Origin: Bdellovibrionales bacterium RIFOXYD12_FULL_39_22
GTDB lineage: Bacteria > Bdellovibrionota > Bacteriovoracia > Bacteriovoracales > Bacteriovoracaceae
Length of the DNA: 58,452 nt
Direction: 5' to 3'
Assembly: GCA_001770205.1 (NCBI GenBank)
Contig: MEQL01000025.1
Coordinates: forward strand, 62,001-120,452
Shown: one piece after another, positions 37,143-46,745 of the stretch
Position numbering within the stretch: the stretch's first letter is position 1
Layout: each line of letters starts with the position of its first letter
The notes under the pieces: model-generated
Databases searched by the model: none
The model's input: the letters and a program-made list of their open reading frames with translations, nothing else
What the model was told of the DNA's origin: nothing
Made by a program: the position numbers and the translations under genes

Positions 37143-37475
37143 ATGAAAAAACTTTTGTTAGTCATTTTAGTAATTGCAATATCCGCGGCAAATATTTTTG
37201 CCAAAGATATTTTTGCTGCCAAAAATACTCCAGCGGCGGTTATAGAGTCTGCCAAAACTTTAAAGTTTGATGACACCAGAATCACCGTAAAAAAAGTTCG
37301 CAACCTCGACGGAAACCCTTGTATGCCGGCCGGAGAATCTTACGACGCATCATTACAAGTAAGAGAGGCGCAGTATTACCATCCAGAAAAAAACAAAACT
37401 ATATATAAATGGAAGGTAGTTAAAACAGTCAATATTGATAAAGAAGGCCGCGTTATGGAAGTGTGCGGCGAATAA
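37143..37475 (+). CDS. Small secreted hypothetical protein (2 Cys)
   Basis: AAGGAG RBS; signal peptide ending 'IFA'. Confidence 0.75.
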   Translation: MKKLLLVILVIAISAANIFAKDIFAAKNTPAAVIESAKTLKFDDTRITVKKVRNLDGNPCMPAGESYDASLQVREAQYYHPEKNKTIYKWKVVKTVNIDKEGRVMEVCGE

Positions 37476-37521
37476 TAACAACTAAATAACAAGGCCAATG
37501 AAAAACAAATGGTAGGTGAAT

Positions 37522-38748
37522 ATGAAAAAACTAATCCTTTTAATCCTTCTTCTCTCAATATCAACTCTCTTCGCACAAAGTATTAGCGAAGTGCCCTATT
37601 ACTTCGCATTGCCGGTAAGCGCTCATGCAGAGATCAGCGATAGCGACTGGGTTAAAATTCCGGTGAGGGGAGTAAAAACAGAGCAAGCATATTTACGCGG
37701 CTACAGCTTTCAGGAGCGTGGGGCCAATGGTTCCGAAGCACAGAAAGCTGGCCGCCGCGAGGCCTTTCAAGAACTCTATAGTAAAGGCCTACTGCAAACT
37801 GGCGACGTAGTATTAAGTATGCGCCCGGCGTGGGAAGGGACTATTCCTTATTCCCATATTCAAATGGGCGTCTCTCATGCCAGCCTAGTAATTGTAGAAG
37901 ATGGAGTAGTAAAAAATTTGGATATGCCTCTCGATGATAACTACAATGGAAATGGACTCAATGGCCGCTTTGACGGCAGTCACTTTCAAGAGACTAATCA
38001 CTACCAAATTCTCCGCAATCGCGTTTTTACCGCCGAACAGCGAGAGAACCTAATTGCCTGGGTAAAAGAATTACGCAAAAATTACACAAGCATCCGCGGA
38101 AAAAATCTTTTGAAATTTAACTCCAATTATATGGCCCCACGGATTGATAACTATGGCCCTGGATACTCTTTCGTTACTACTATGGCCCGCATCATGCTAG
38201 GATACGATAAAACCTCCTCCGACTTAATAATGTTTTGCTCTGAATACGTCTGGGCCATCTTATCACTGGCCAATTGCTCACCTGCTGACTCTGAATTTAA
38301 AACGGCCACTCGGGGAGATAGCGCTAGCTGCGTAAAACCCATTTTCAACGCCATGTATCTTCTGGAAAGTGAAAATGCTCCAGGACTAACCGAAGGCCCT
38401 CTCACTCTTTTAAAATCTATGAGTGACGTTAATGACCTCGAAAAAAATCCACTATTATTCACCCTTTTTGCACAGGGAGAAATTGCCGCCCTCTCTAGTG
38501 GCCATAAGGCCATCGCCACCAATCCGGCAATTAACATGCTCATTGAAATGCTAAAGCAAATTTACCCAGCAAAACTTGCCGGAATGGATAAACTTCCGGA
38601 AGTAAGTGCTAAAACCTCTGCCATCAATGCCAAGGGCGGCCGCAACTACTCTCCGACCGCCTTTTTGATAAATACAACCATTGATAGTGCCAACGCTGAT
38701 CGTAGTTTTGATTACACAGCGACCGTAAGCTTTACTCCGTACTACTAG
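37522..38748 (+). CDS. Secreted permuted papain-like (C92/NlpC-P60-related) protein
   Basis: Signal peptide; 'LQTGDVVLS', 'SHASLV', 'MFCSEYVW', 'YSPTAF'. Confidence 0.65.
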   Translation: MKKLILLILLLSISTLFAQSISEVPYYFALPVSAHAEISDSDWVKIPVRGVKTEQAYLRGYSFQERGANGSEAQKAGRREAFQELYSKGLLQTGDVVLSMRPAWEGTIPYSHIQMGVSHASLVIVEDGVVKNLDMPLDDNYNGNGLNGRFDGSHFQETNHYQILRNRVFTAEQRENLIAWVKELRKNYTSIRGKNLLKFNSNYMAPRIDNYGPGYSFVTTMARIMLGYDKTSSDLIMFCSEYVWAILSLANCSPADSEFKTATRGDSASCVKPIFNAMYLLESENAPGLTEGPLTLLKSMSDVNDLEKNPLLFTLFAQGEIAALSSGHKAIATNPAINMLIEMLKQIYPAKLAGMDKLPEVSAKTSAINAKGGRNYSPTAFLINTTIDSANADRSFDYTATVSFTPYY

Positions 38749-38780
38749 TCTTAATACTAACCCAACCTCCGACCTTAATA

Positions 38781-38808
38781 TCAAGGGCCAACTCTGCTTG
38801 GCCCTTGA
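38781..38808 (+). terminator. Stem-loop after the secreted papain-like gene
   Basis: TCAAGGGCCAA-N6-TTGGCCCTTGA. Confidence 0.55.
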
Positions 38809-38845
38809 CTTACGCACAAGTTACGCTTACGATATAAAGCATCCT

Positions 38846-39961
38846 ATGCCACCACCGACACGTAAAATTATTCATGTAGATATGGATTGCTTCTTTGCCG
38901 CAGTCGAAATGCGAGATAGTCCACATCTTAAAAATTTGCCGCTTGCCATTGGATCTCCTCCTGGCAGTCGTGGCGTAATTTCCACTGCCAACTACCTGGC
39001 CCGTCAATATGGCGTTCACTCTGGAATGCCTAGCTCGACTGCTTATGCCAAGTGTAAGAAACTAATTTTTATTCCCCCTAATTTTGATAAATACAGTGCG
39101 GTCACTGAACAGATCCATAAAGTTTTTTACCAATATAGCGATAAAATTGAGCCCCTATCTTTAGATGAGGCATTTATTGATGTAACTGGAATAGATCGCT
39201 GCCTAGGCTCCGCTACCTGGATGGCGCAAGAGATTACCCGCAAAATAGTAAAAGAGACTGGCCTAACCGCCTCTGCTGGAATTGCTCCAAATAAATTTTT
39301 GGCAAAGGTGGGCAGTGATTGGAACAAGCCAAACGGCATCTTCACTATTGCCCCTTCGGATATATTATCTTTTATGCCTAAATTGACTGTAGACAAAATC
39401 CCTGGGGTAGGAAAAGTGACTAGTGAAAAACTAAATGCTCTAGGCATTAAAGATTGTGCAGATCTCCAAAAACAAGATCCTAACTATCTTTCGGCACATT
39501 TTGGAAGCTTCGGCAAAACCCTTTTTGATTTTGCTTTTGGCCTCGATGAACGAGAAGTTGTCACTGATTTTGTTCGCAAATCACTTAGCGTCGAAGAGAC
39601 CTATCCACAAGATATTCGGCCAGTTAGCGAGCTTTTATCAAAAATGGATCAATTAAAAAGCGAGCTCTGCCGTCGTCTGCGCTCTTTTAAAGAAAACGAT
39701 CAACCAACTAGCGTGCCATATAAACTTTTTGTGAAACTAAAAACTTTTGATTTTCAAACTCACACCGTTGAAACCTCTTTCAATTCCAACGACGGTAATA
39801 ACCTTTGGCATAACTTCCACTTCTCTCCAGCGCTATCCGATTTGGCCAGAAATCTTTTAGAAACGGCATATCAGCGTGGCCAAAAGGCCGTTCGTCTGCT
39901 GGGAATAGGCGTTCGCCTAAAAGAGATTCCCACGGGCCCAATCCAATTGCGTTTTTTATAA
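38846..39961 (+). CDS. dinB: DNA polymerase IV
   Basis: 'RKIIHVDMDCFFAAVE', 'SLDEAFID', 'APNKFLAK', C-terminal clamp-binding motif QLRFL. Confidence 0.96.
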   Translation: MPPPTRKIIHVDMDCFFAAVEMRDSPHLKNLPLAIGSPPGSRGVISTANYLARQYGVHSGMPSSTAYAKCKKLIFIPPNFDKYSAVTEQIHKVFYQYSDKIEPLSLDEAFIDVTGIDRCLGSATWMAQEITRKIVKETGLTASAGIAPNKFLAKVGSDWNKPNGIFTIAPSDILSFMPKLTVDKIPGVGKVTSEKLNALGIKDCADLQKQDPNYLSAHFGSFGKTLFDFAFGLDEREVVTDFVRKSLSVEETYPQDIRPVSELLSKMDQLKSELCRRLRSFKENDQPTSVPYKLFVKLKTFDFQTHTVETSFNSNDGNNLWHNFHFSPALSDLARNLLETAYQRGQKAVRLLGIGVRLKEIPTGPIQLRFL

Positions 39962-40056
39962 AATTTCTAATTTTTTTCCTGACTTTATGCAATCGCTGAG
40001 TTAGACTACCAGCTTTCTTAAAAGGCAAATTTATTCACCTGACACGGAGATTCTGA

Positions 40057-42489
40057 ATGAGAGTTTTAAAGCATTTTTTGAGTCTGTATGCGTTTTCTTT
40101 CACTTCCATCTTTGCTAGCGAAGCGGAGTTGGTTCTACCTGATTTGGCCGGCCAAACATTTTTAGGAGTAACTGGACACAATCTACTACTTGCAGGACTA
40201 GTGATCTGCTTTTTAGGGATTGGCCTTGGCATCTGGCAATCCACAATACTAAAAAATCTACCTGTACATAAATCGATGAGAGAAATCTCCGAATTGATTT
40301 ATGAAACCTGCAAAACTTATCTTTTAACCCAAGGTAAATTTTTGGCCATTTTATGGGCCTTCATTGCCGCTGTAATGATTGTCTACTTTGGATATCTCCG
40401 CGACTTCACATTTGTGCAAGTTTCCATCATAACATTTTTTTCCATTGTTGGAATTTTGGGAAGCTACGCTGTTGCTTGGTTTGGTATTCGCATCAACACT
40501 TATGCCAACTCTCGCACGGCATTTGCTGCGCTGAAAGGCAAGCCATTCCCCGCCTATTCCATTCCTCTCGCGGCCGGAATGAGCATCGGAATGCTACTTA
40601 TCTCGGTTGAGTTGGCCATCATGTTGGCCATTTTGCTTTTTGTTCCTAGTAACTACGCTGGCCCCTGTTTTATTGGTTTCGCAATAGGTGAATCACTAGG
40701 CGCTGCTGCCCTACGTATTGCAGGCGGTATCTTTACAAAAATTGCTGACATCGGTTCTGATTTAATGAAAATTGTTTTTAAAATTAAAGAAGATGATGCC
40801 AGAAACCCTGGAGTTATTGCCGACTGTACTGGCGACAATGCTGGAGACTCTGTTGGCCCAACTGCCGATGGTTTTGAAACTTATGGCGTAACTGGAGTAG
40901 CACTCATAACCTTCATTCTGCTGGCAGTTCATGATCCGGCGGTACAAGTTCAACTGCTGGTTTGGATTTTTGTGATGAGAATCGGCATGGTACTAACATC
41001 TGCCATCTCTTATGCCGTCAATGATTTTTTTGCTAGAGCAAAATATGAAACTGCAACTAAGATGGATTTTGAGCAACCGCTAACTTCACTAGTCTGGATT
41101 ACTTCTCTTATTTCTGTGGCCGCTACCTATGTTCTTTCTTATCTTCTTATCCCCGAGTTGGGTGGTGACTCAACCTTATGGTGGAAGCTATCGACTATCA
41201 TAACCTGCGGAACTATTGCTGGGGCATTAATTCCTGAACTAGTAAAAGTCTTTACCTCTACAAACAGCAAACATGTTCGAGAAGTTATCACCTCTTCTCG
41301 TGAAGGTGGGCCCTCATTAAACATTCTATCTGGCCTTGTAGCTGGATACTTCAGCGCTTACTGGATGGGAATTGCCATCGTAATTTTAATGGCAGTGGCC
41401 TACTTGGTTGGATTGGCCGGACTAGGCCCACTCATGTTGGCACCTGCCATTTTTGCCTTTGGATTGGTTGCGTTCGGCTTTCTAGGAATGGGCCCGGTTA
41501 CTATCGCTGTAGACTCCTATGGCCCTGTGACCGATAACGCTCAATCTGTTTACGAATTATCTACCATTGAAAATATCCCTAACATCTCCAGCGAAATTCA
41601 AAGAGATTTTGGCTTTAAACCAGAATTTGAAAAAGCAAAAATGTTCCTGGAAGAAAACGATGGCGCCGGCAATACTTTCAAAGCAACTGCCAAGCCAGTA
41701 CTTATTGGTACGGCCGTAGTTGGCTCTACCACTTTAATTTTCTCTATCATCGTACTACTAACCAACGGACTAACAACTGGCGTGGAAAAACTTTCACTTC
41801 TAAATCCTCCCTTTATGCTGGGATTGGTAACTGGTGGCGCGATCATCTTCTGGTTCTCTGGAGCGGCCATTCAGGCGGTAGTTACTGGTGCCTATAGTGC
41901 GGTAGAATTTATCAAACGCAATATTAAACTAGAAAATAGCGAAAAGGCCTCCGTGGCAGATAGCAAACGCGTAGTAGAAATTTGCACTCAATATGCCCAA
42001 AAAGGTATGTTTAATATCTTCTTGGCCGTATTTTTCTCTACTTTGGCCTTTGCCTGTCTTGATCCTTTCTTCTTTATCGGATACCTGATCTCCATTGCTA
42101 TCTTTGGCCTATATCAAGCAATCTTTATGGCCAATGCTGGTGGTGCCTGGGATAACGCTAAGAAAATTGTGGAAACAGAGCTTCACGCTAAGGGAACAGC
42201 TTTGCATGATGCTTCTATTGTTGGTGACACTGTAGGTGATCCGTTCAAAGATACCTCTTCTGTTGCCATGAACCCAATTATCAAATTTACTACTCTCTTT
42301 GGACTATTGGCAGTAGAGTTGGCGGTTCAGATTGAGGCCAGCAACCCAGTAGCAAATAAAATTGCGGCCGCCATTTTCTTCTTGATCTCTGTTGTATTCA
42401 TCTGGAGATCTTTCTATAAAATGAGAATTGTAGAAGATAATACTGCAGCAGACGCAGATATGAAGGCCGTGGAAACAGCAGCTAAATAG
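40057..42489 (+). CDS. hppA: Membrane-bound H+-translocating pyrophosphatase (K+-independent type)
   Basis: 'GGIFTKIADIGSDL...EDDARNPGVIADCTGDNAGD', 'DSYGPVTDNA', 'GNTFKA', 'GGAWDNAKK', 'GDTVGDPFKDT'. Confidence 0.95.
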   Translation: MRVLKHFLSLYAFSFTSIFASEAELVLPDLAGQTFLGVTGHNLLLAGLVICFLGIGLGIWQSTILKNLPVHKSMREISELIYETCKTYLLTQGKFLAILWAFIAAVMIVYFGYLRDFTFVQVSIITFFSIVGILGSYAVAWFGIRINTYANSRTAFAALKGKPFPAYSIPLAAGMSIGMLLISVELAIMLAILLFVPSNYAGPCFIGFAIGESLGAAALRIAGGIFTKIADIGSDLMKIVFKIKEDDARNPGVIADCTGDNAGDSVGPTADGFETYGVTGVALITFILLAVHDPAVQVQLLVWIFVMRIGMVLTSAISYAVNDFFARAKYETATKMDFEQPLTSLVWITSLISVAATYVLSYLLIPELGGDSTLWWKLSTIITCGTIAGALIPELVKVFTSTNSKHVREVITSSREGGPSLNILSGLVAGYFSAYWMGIAIVILMAVAYLVGLAGLGPLMLAPAIFAFGLVAFGFLGMGPVTIAVDSYGPVTDNAQSVYELSTIENIPNISSEIQRDFGFKPEFEKAKMFLEENDGAGNTFKATAKPVLIGTAVVGSTTLIFSIIVLLTNGLTTGVEKLSLLNPPFMLGLVTGGAIIFWFSGAAIQAVVTGAYSAVEFIKRNIKLENSEKASVADSKRVVEICTQYAQKGMFNIFLAVFFSTLAFACLDPFFFIGYLISIAIFGLYQAIFMANAGGAWDNAKKIVETELHAKGTALHDASIVGDTVGDPFKDTSSVAMNPIIKFTTLFGLLAVELAVQIEASNPVANKIAAAIFFLISVVFIWRSFYKMRIVEDNTAADADMKAVETAAK

Positions 42490-42510
42490 ATAAAAAAGGA
42501 TATATTGTAC

Positions 42511-42543
42511 AAAAAAAAGGCCCAGAGATACTGGGCCTTTTTT
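42511..42543. terminator. Rho-independent terminator (bidirectional form)
   Basis: A8-GGCCCAG-agata-CTGGGCC-T6. Confidence 0.85.
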
Positions 42544-42610
42544 GTATGTAAAATTTATGGCCCCTAAGAATCTTTCTTCGGGCAATGGCCATTAAATGCT
42601 ATAGGTAGTT

Positions 42611-43312
42611 ATGAAAACAAATTTATCGCCTAATAAAACTTTAATTCTTCTGGCCTTTTTTCTATCAATTTTTCTTGTTCAAAATCCTCAGGCCTTTGAA
42701 TCATCATGGCAAACTGCTAATATCAACGCTAATCCAGATTCCAACGCAATCCCAGCTGAAGAAATCGCAGCATTAAAGAAAGTCCCTCGCCTACAACTTC
42801 CACTTCTAAAACAGTGGCCGGCAAATGCTGGAACTATGCCCATGGCAGATTTTATTTTTGTTTCCAAATCAAAAAAACTACTCTTTCTTATGAAAGATGG
42901 CATTGCCTTCAAAAGCTATCGCATAGCTTTAGGACGAAACCAATTTGGTTCAAAGCTATACGAAGGAGATATGCGAACACCTGAAGGCCTATACACTATT
43001 GATTATGAAGAACTTCCCAGCAACTACCATCTATCACTACACATTGACTATCCTCACTCTGATGATATTGAACGAGCACAAAAATTTGGCCGTCCGCCAG
43101 GTGGAGATATTATGATCCACGGCGAGCCAGATCACTTAGGCCTAATTTCTTATTTTTTTGAACTTATTGGATGGGAAAACTATCGCAATTTCACAAACAA
43201 TATTCTCTATACTTTCAACTGGACACGAGGCTGTATTGCTGTTCGCAACCACGAAATAGAAGAAATTTTTCGCCATGTCCCTAACGGTACCAAAATTTGG
43301 ATTCAGCGATAA
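42611..43312 (+). CDS. L,D-transpeptidase (YkuD)-family protein, paralogue 1
   Basis: Signal peptide; 'K..EGD.RTPEG.Y', 'YP...D', 'GGDIMIHG ... WTRGCIAV'. Confidence 0.9.
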   Translation: MKTNLSPNKTLILLAFFLSIFLVQNPQAFESSWQTANINANPDSNAIPAEEIAALKKVPRLQLPLLKQWPANAGTMPMADFIFVSKSKKLLFLMKDGIAFKSYRIALGRNQFGSKLYEGDMRTPEGLYTIDYEELPSNYHLSLHIDYPHSDDIERAQKFGRPPGGDIMIHGEPDHLGLISYFFELIGWENYRNFTNNILYTFNWTRGCIAVRNHEIEEIFRHVPNGTKIWIQR

Positions 43313-43322
43313 TTTATAACTT

Positions 43323-44681
43323 TCAAGATGTAAGTTTAAATTTTTTTTGGCCACTAAGTAGTTTATCCAAAAGTGCCAACAAGCGATCTATATCTGACAC
43401 CGTAACATCCAAAACTGGCCGCAAACGTATCGAATCACTACCAGCTCCTAGCAGCAGTAAATTTTCCTCTTGCAATGCTCTCTCTATAAATGGCCCTTTT
43501 GCTTTGCCGTTTTTAAAAGAAAATCCAAGATAAAGGCCCAGTCCCCTTACATTAGTAATTTGTGAAGGGAATTTATCTTGTAATTTCTTTAATCCATTAA
43601 TCAAATGATTGCTCTTGAAGTCCACGGCCGTTAGTAGGCCTTCCTCCGTCACAATCTTCCACTCCTGACAAAAGCGCACCATGTCGGAAAGAGTTCCTCC
43701 CCAGGTGGAATCCAAAACTCCAAGATCGTCCATCGAACGGCGCATATAGATAACTCCGTTACCAAATTTTTTAGCAGTTGCCACCGCATCAGGAGGATGA
43801 GGAAGATCATAATGATCGATACAAAAAATTTCCCCGGTCTGGCCGCCAGCGGTTTGCACTTCATCTACGCCCCAAAGAATTTTATGCCGGTGGCACAGTA
43901 TAGATAGTTCACGATAAAAGTCTGGCAAGGCCAAACGATGGCCTCCCGCCCCCTGAATAGGTTCTAGAATCACTCCAACAATTTCATCTTTGTGCAAGTC
44001 CATCATAGTATCAATTACACTCAAGGATTGTTGCATGTTTTTCAAGTTAACACTTTTACTTTTACTATTATCAAACGCCGGAAAAGGGACTCTAATGTTG
44101 CCTGGAATAATTCCCTTAAAATCCTTAGTGATCATTGGATCATTTTCGACGTTGGTAACATTTAAAGCGAACACTGTTCTTCCATGAAAGGCACCATCAA
44201 AATAGATAAACCGATTGGCCTTGGCCGCAAGTTTTTGTTTTTTTATTTTATGCCGATGCAAATTGATGAAATACTTCATCATGTTTTCCACTGCCTCAGC
44301 ACCAGAGTTTACCGTATAAACTTCTAGCTTTTTATTACGCATACACTTGGGCGCCAGTGAATAGATTAATTCGTAGTACGCCAAACACTCCGGAGTCAAA
44401 AAATCTGGATTGGCCAATTTGTTATTTGCCGCTACTTGCAAATGTGTTAGATAATCTTTCTCATAAAGGCGAGGATGATTGTAACCTAAAAGTTTAGAAC
44501 CATATAATCCGGCCCAATCAAAAATCCGATCGCCATCAACCGTGGCCAGATACATTCCTTGTGAATTGGCCAGATCGATAACAAATGGATATGGCCCGAC
44601 AATAACACAGCGATTAAGACGCTCGATAAATTGTTTACTTTTTGTTTTCGGATAACCTATCTCCTTCTTATTTTTCTTCAT
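43323..44681 (-). CDS. Class III PLP aminotransferase, L-lysine 6-transaminase-like
   Basis: 'SGAEAVEN', 'GAFHGRT', 'EPIQGAGG', 'DEVQT', 'AKK', 'DSTWGG', 'NVRGLGL'. Confidence 0.8.
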   Translation of the reverse strand: MKKNKKEIGYPKTKSKQFIERLNRCVIVGPYPFVIDLANSQGMYLATVDGDRIFDWAGLYGSKLLGYNHPRLYEKDYLTHLQVAANNKLANPDFLTPECLAYYELIYSLAPKCMRNKKLEVYTVNSGAEAVENMMKYFINLHRHKIKKQKLAAKANRFIYFDGAFHGRTVFALNVTNVENDPMITKDFKGIIPGNIRVPFPAFDNSKSKSVNLKNMQQSLSVIDTMMDLHKDEIVGVILEPIQGAGGHRLALPDFYRELSILCHRHKILWGVDEVQTAGGQTGEIFCIDHYDLPHPPDAVATAKKFGNGVIYMRRSMDDLGVLDSTWGGTLSDMVRFCQEWKIVTEEGLLTAVDFKSNHLINGLKKLQDKFPSQITNVRGLGLYLGFSFKNGKAKGPFIERALQEENLLLLGAGSDSIRLRPVLDVTVSDIDRLLALLDKLLSGQKKFKLTS

Positions 44682-44762
44682 AAAATAAAATCACTCCTCG
44701 CAAAAACTGGAAATATTATAACTATATTGTCACAATTTCGATCATACCACTCTTTTACTTAC

Positions 44763-45851
44763 TTACTTACTTAAACGACTACTATCATAAGCATCTCTAA
44801 CCGTTTTATCGGCCTTATTTCTTGCTTCATCTCTTACTGCACCATGACGTCGCGAGGCCTCCAAAATAGGTTCAATCTTACAAACTTTAATGTGTGGTTG
44901 TCCCTGCAGTAAATCTTTTACTAATGCTACTTTATCTGCCGGCACAAAAACGGCAGTAATCTCTTGAGGAGATGCGCCTTTTTGTAAAAAATATTCGGCA
45001 TGTTCTAGTTGTCGATTATAAAAATAACTTAACTTCGGAAATTTGGATAATAGATCACCAGACTCAAAATCATACTCTTCTGGCAATCGCATATCCGCAG
45101 GCCTTATGGCAAAAAACACCGGAAAGCCTTCTTCGACCAGTTCCTTTTCTTCCGCATTAAGTTTTTCCCATAAGGCCAATCTCTTTTCTCCATTGGCGAT
45201 TGCCTTTTTAGCGATGTTGTAATCACTGCGACGCTTGTCCCAATCACCGGCCATAGCATCTTTTAACTTCTCAATATGTTCAAGCTCCGCCTCCGGATTC
45301 CATTTAGATGAAACAGCATATTCTACTGCATAATCAACTTGATCTAGTGTTGCCACAGAAAGAGAATACTTGTTAATCCCAGAAAGGCCCTGCAACTGCT
45401 CTCCACCAAACATTACGCTCTTACTTTGTATTATTTTACCCGCAGGAACGAGTCCCTGCGGAAAATATTTTGAACCAGTAAGACCTAAAAGAGAACTGGA
45501 ACTTGCGCCATGGAAAACAATTCCACCATTTGCCTCCTCAAGCAAATAATTATGCCTTCTAATGATATCCTTTGTACGCTCCCAAGTTTGTTCTGCAGAA
45601 TAATCGACACTCTTACCATCATAAGATACATTGTTAATTAAAAAGTCATCATGTAGTCGCAATCGCAAAGATGCCTCATCTTCATCAGTAATAGATAGAA
45701 CTTCTTTGGTTGAAATAATTGAGTTAACTGCTGAGTTACAACTGTAAGCATCTGGAAGTGTACTAGCAATTGACCTGCTATGAAATATGCTAGAACAGCT
45801 ATTTGACAATAAAATAAAAGAGTACATAACTACTAATTTTAACAAACTCAT
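44763..45851 (-). CDS. Lipoprotein/secreted protein with possible ADP-ribosyltransferase-like domain
   Basis: Signal + 'SNSC' then 'RSIAS'; 'VFHGASS...GLVPAG', 'SLSVA...YAVEYA', 'HAEYFL...SPQEITAVFVP'. Confidence 0.5.
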   Translation of the reverse strand: MSLLKLVVMYSFILLSNSCSSIFHSRSIASTLPDAYSCNSAVNSIISTKEVLSITDEDEASLRLRLHDDFLINNVSYDGKSVDYSAEQTWERTKDIIRRHNYLLEEANGGIVFHGASSSSLLGLTGSKYFPQGLVPAGKIIQSKSVMFGGEQLQGLSGINKYSLSVATLDQVDYAVEYAVSSKWNPEAELEHIEKLKDAMAGDWDKRRSDYNIAKKAIANGEKRLALWEKLNAEEKELVEEGFPVFFAIRPADMRLPEEYDFESGDLLSKFPKLSYFYNRQLEHAEYFLQKGASPQEITAVFVPADKVALVKDLLQGQPHIKVCKIEPILEASRRHGAVRDEARNKADKTVRDAYDSSRLSK

Positions 45852-45858
45852 AACGATC

Positions 45859-45885
45859 TTCTCGGGATTTTAGAGAATTAATTTA
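45859..45885 (-). promoter_or_regulatory. Putative sigma28 promoter giving a leaderless mRNA
   Basis: TAAA-N15-CCCGAGAA, ending 7 nt before ATG 45851; no RBS. Confidence 0.5.
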
Positions 45886-46017
45886 ACTCCATGAAAAATG
45901 AAGCAAATGTGATTTTGCTCGGTTGAACTGTCAATTTATTCGACAGTGTATGTAACTTTGTTGCATGTATAGGGCCACGACTAGAATACTTACATCCTTT
46001 TGTGCTATGATTTTTCT

Positions 46018-46698
46018 ATGAAAAAAATAATCCCCACAATACCCCATTTTGTAAAAACTATCTCCCTAGCTGCGATTACCTGGGCCTTGGCCACAGGAAG
46101 TGTGGCCTACGCTAAATTTGAAATACCTCCCAATTGGACTGGAAAGGCCCGCGGCGAAATGCAGTATCTAAAAAAAGTTACTCCCAGAGAGTTGCCAGAA
46201 TTAGTAGAAGAGCGCTCTCCTAATCAGAAGGCCGATTTGATTTTTATTTCTAAATCAACTCGACAACTATTTCTAATGAAAAATGGCGAAGCATTTAAAG
46301 AGTATCGCATTTCCTTGGGACTAAATCCCACCGGATCAAAATTATATAAGGGAGACTTTCGTACTCCTGAAGGTTTATACACCATCTCGGCACATGAACC
46401 CAATAGTGACTATCACAAGGCGTTGCGCATAAGTTATCCAGATAAGAATGACATCAAACGCGCCAACGATCTTAGTAAATCTCCCGGCGGTGATATTATG
46501 ATTCACGGAGAGACAAATGATCCGGGAATTCTGGCCAAGATTCTTGAGGCCTTGGGTTTTGAAAACTACGAAGATATATCCAATGATTTTATCTATCGTT
46601 TCAACTGGACACGCGGTTGCATTGCTGTTCGCAACAATGAGGTTGAAGAGATATATAACGCTGTAAAAGATGGGACAAAAATCTGGATTCAACCATAG
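46018..46698 (+). CDS. L,D-transpeptidase (YkuD)-family protein, paralogue 2
   Basis: Signal peptide; 'GDFRTPEGLY', 'GGDIMIHG ... WTRGCIAVRN'. Confidence 0.9.
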   Translation: MKKIIPTIPHFVKTISLAAITWALATGSVAYAKFEIPPNWTGKARGEMQYLKKVTPRELPELVEERSPNQKADLIFISKSTRQLFLMKNGEAFKEYRISLGLNPTGSKLYKGDFRTPEGLYTISAHEPNSDYHKALRISYPDKNDIKRANDLSKSPGGDIMIHGETNDPGILAKILEALGFENYEDISNDFIYRFNWTRGCIAVRNNEVEEIYNAVKDGTKIWIQP

Positions 46699-46745
46699 CA
46701 CCTAATATTTACTTAAAAAGAAAAATTGCTCTCTGGATTTGGCGC

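Noticed and set aside
36887..37303. 138-aa minus-strand ORF upstream of the RiPP operon, and the many other short antisense or alternate-frame ORFs in the track
   Set aside because: It is antisense to a well-supported secreted gene, with no RBS or motifs; these are shadow ORFs.
38750..38845. SOS/LexA box upstream of dinB
   Set aside because: No recognisable LexA consensus; the only palindrome looks like the upstream gene's terminator.
43323..44681. Aminotransferase as a tailoring enzyme of the YcaO cluster
   Set aside because: About 6.5 kb away, separated by dinB, hppA and terminators; it looks like a stand-alone lysine 6-aminotransferase.
45926..45946. ACTGTC-N9-GACAGT palindrome in a divergent promoter region
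   Set aside because: Short and seen once in this exact form, so I cannot distinguish it from chance without a genome-wide scan.
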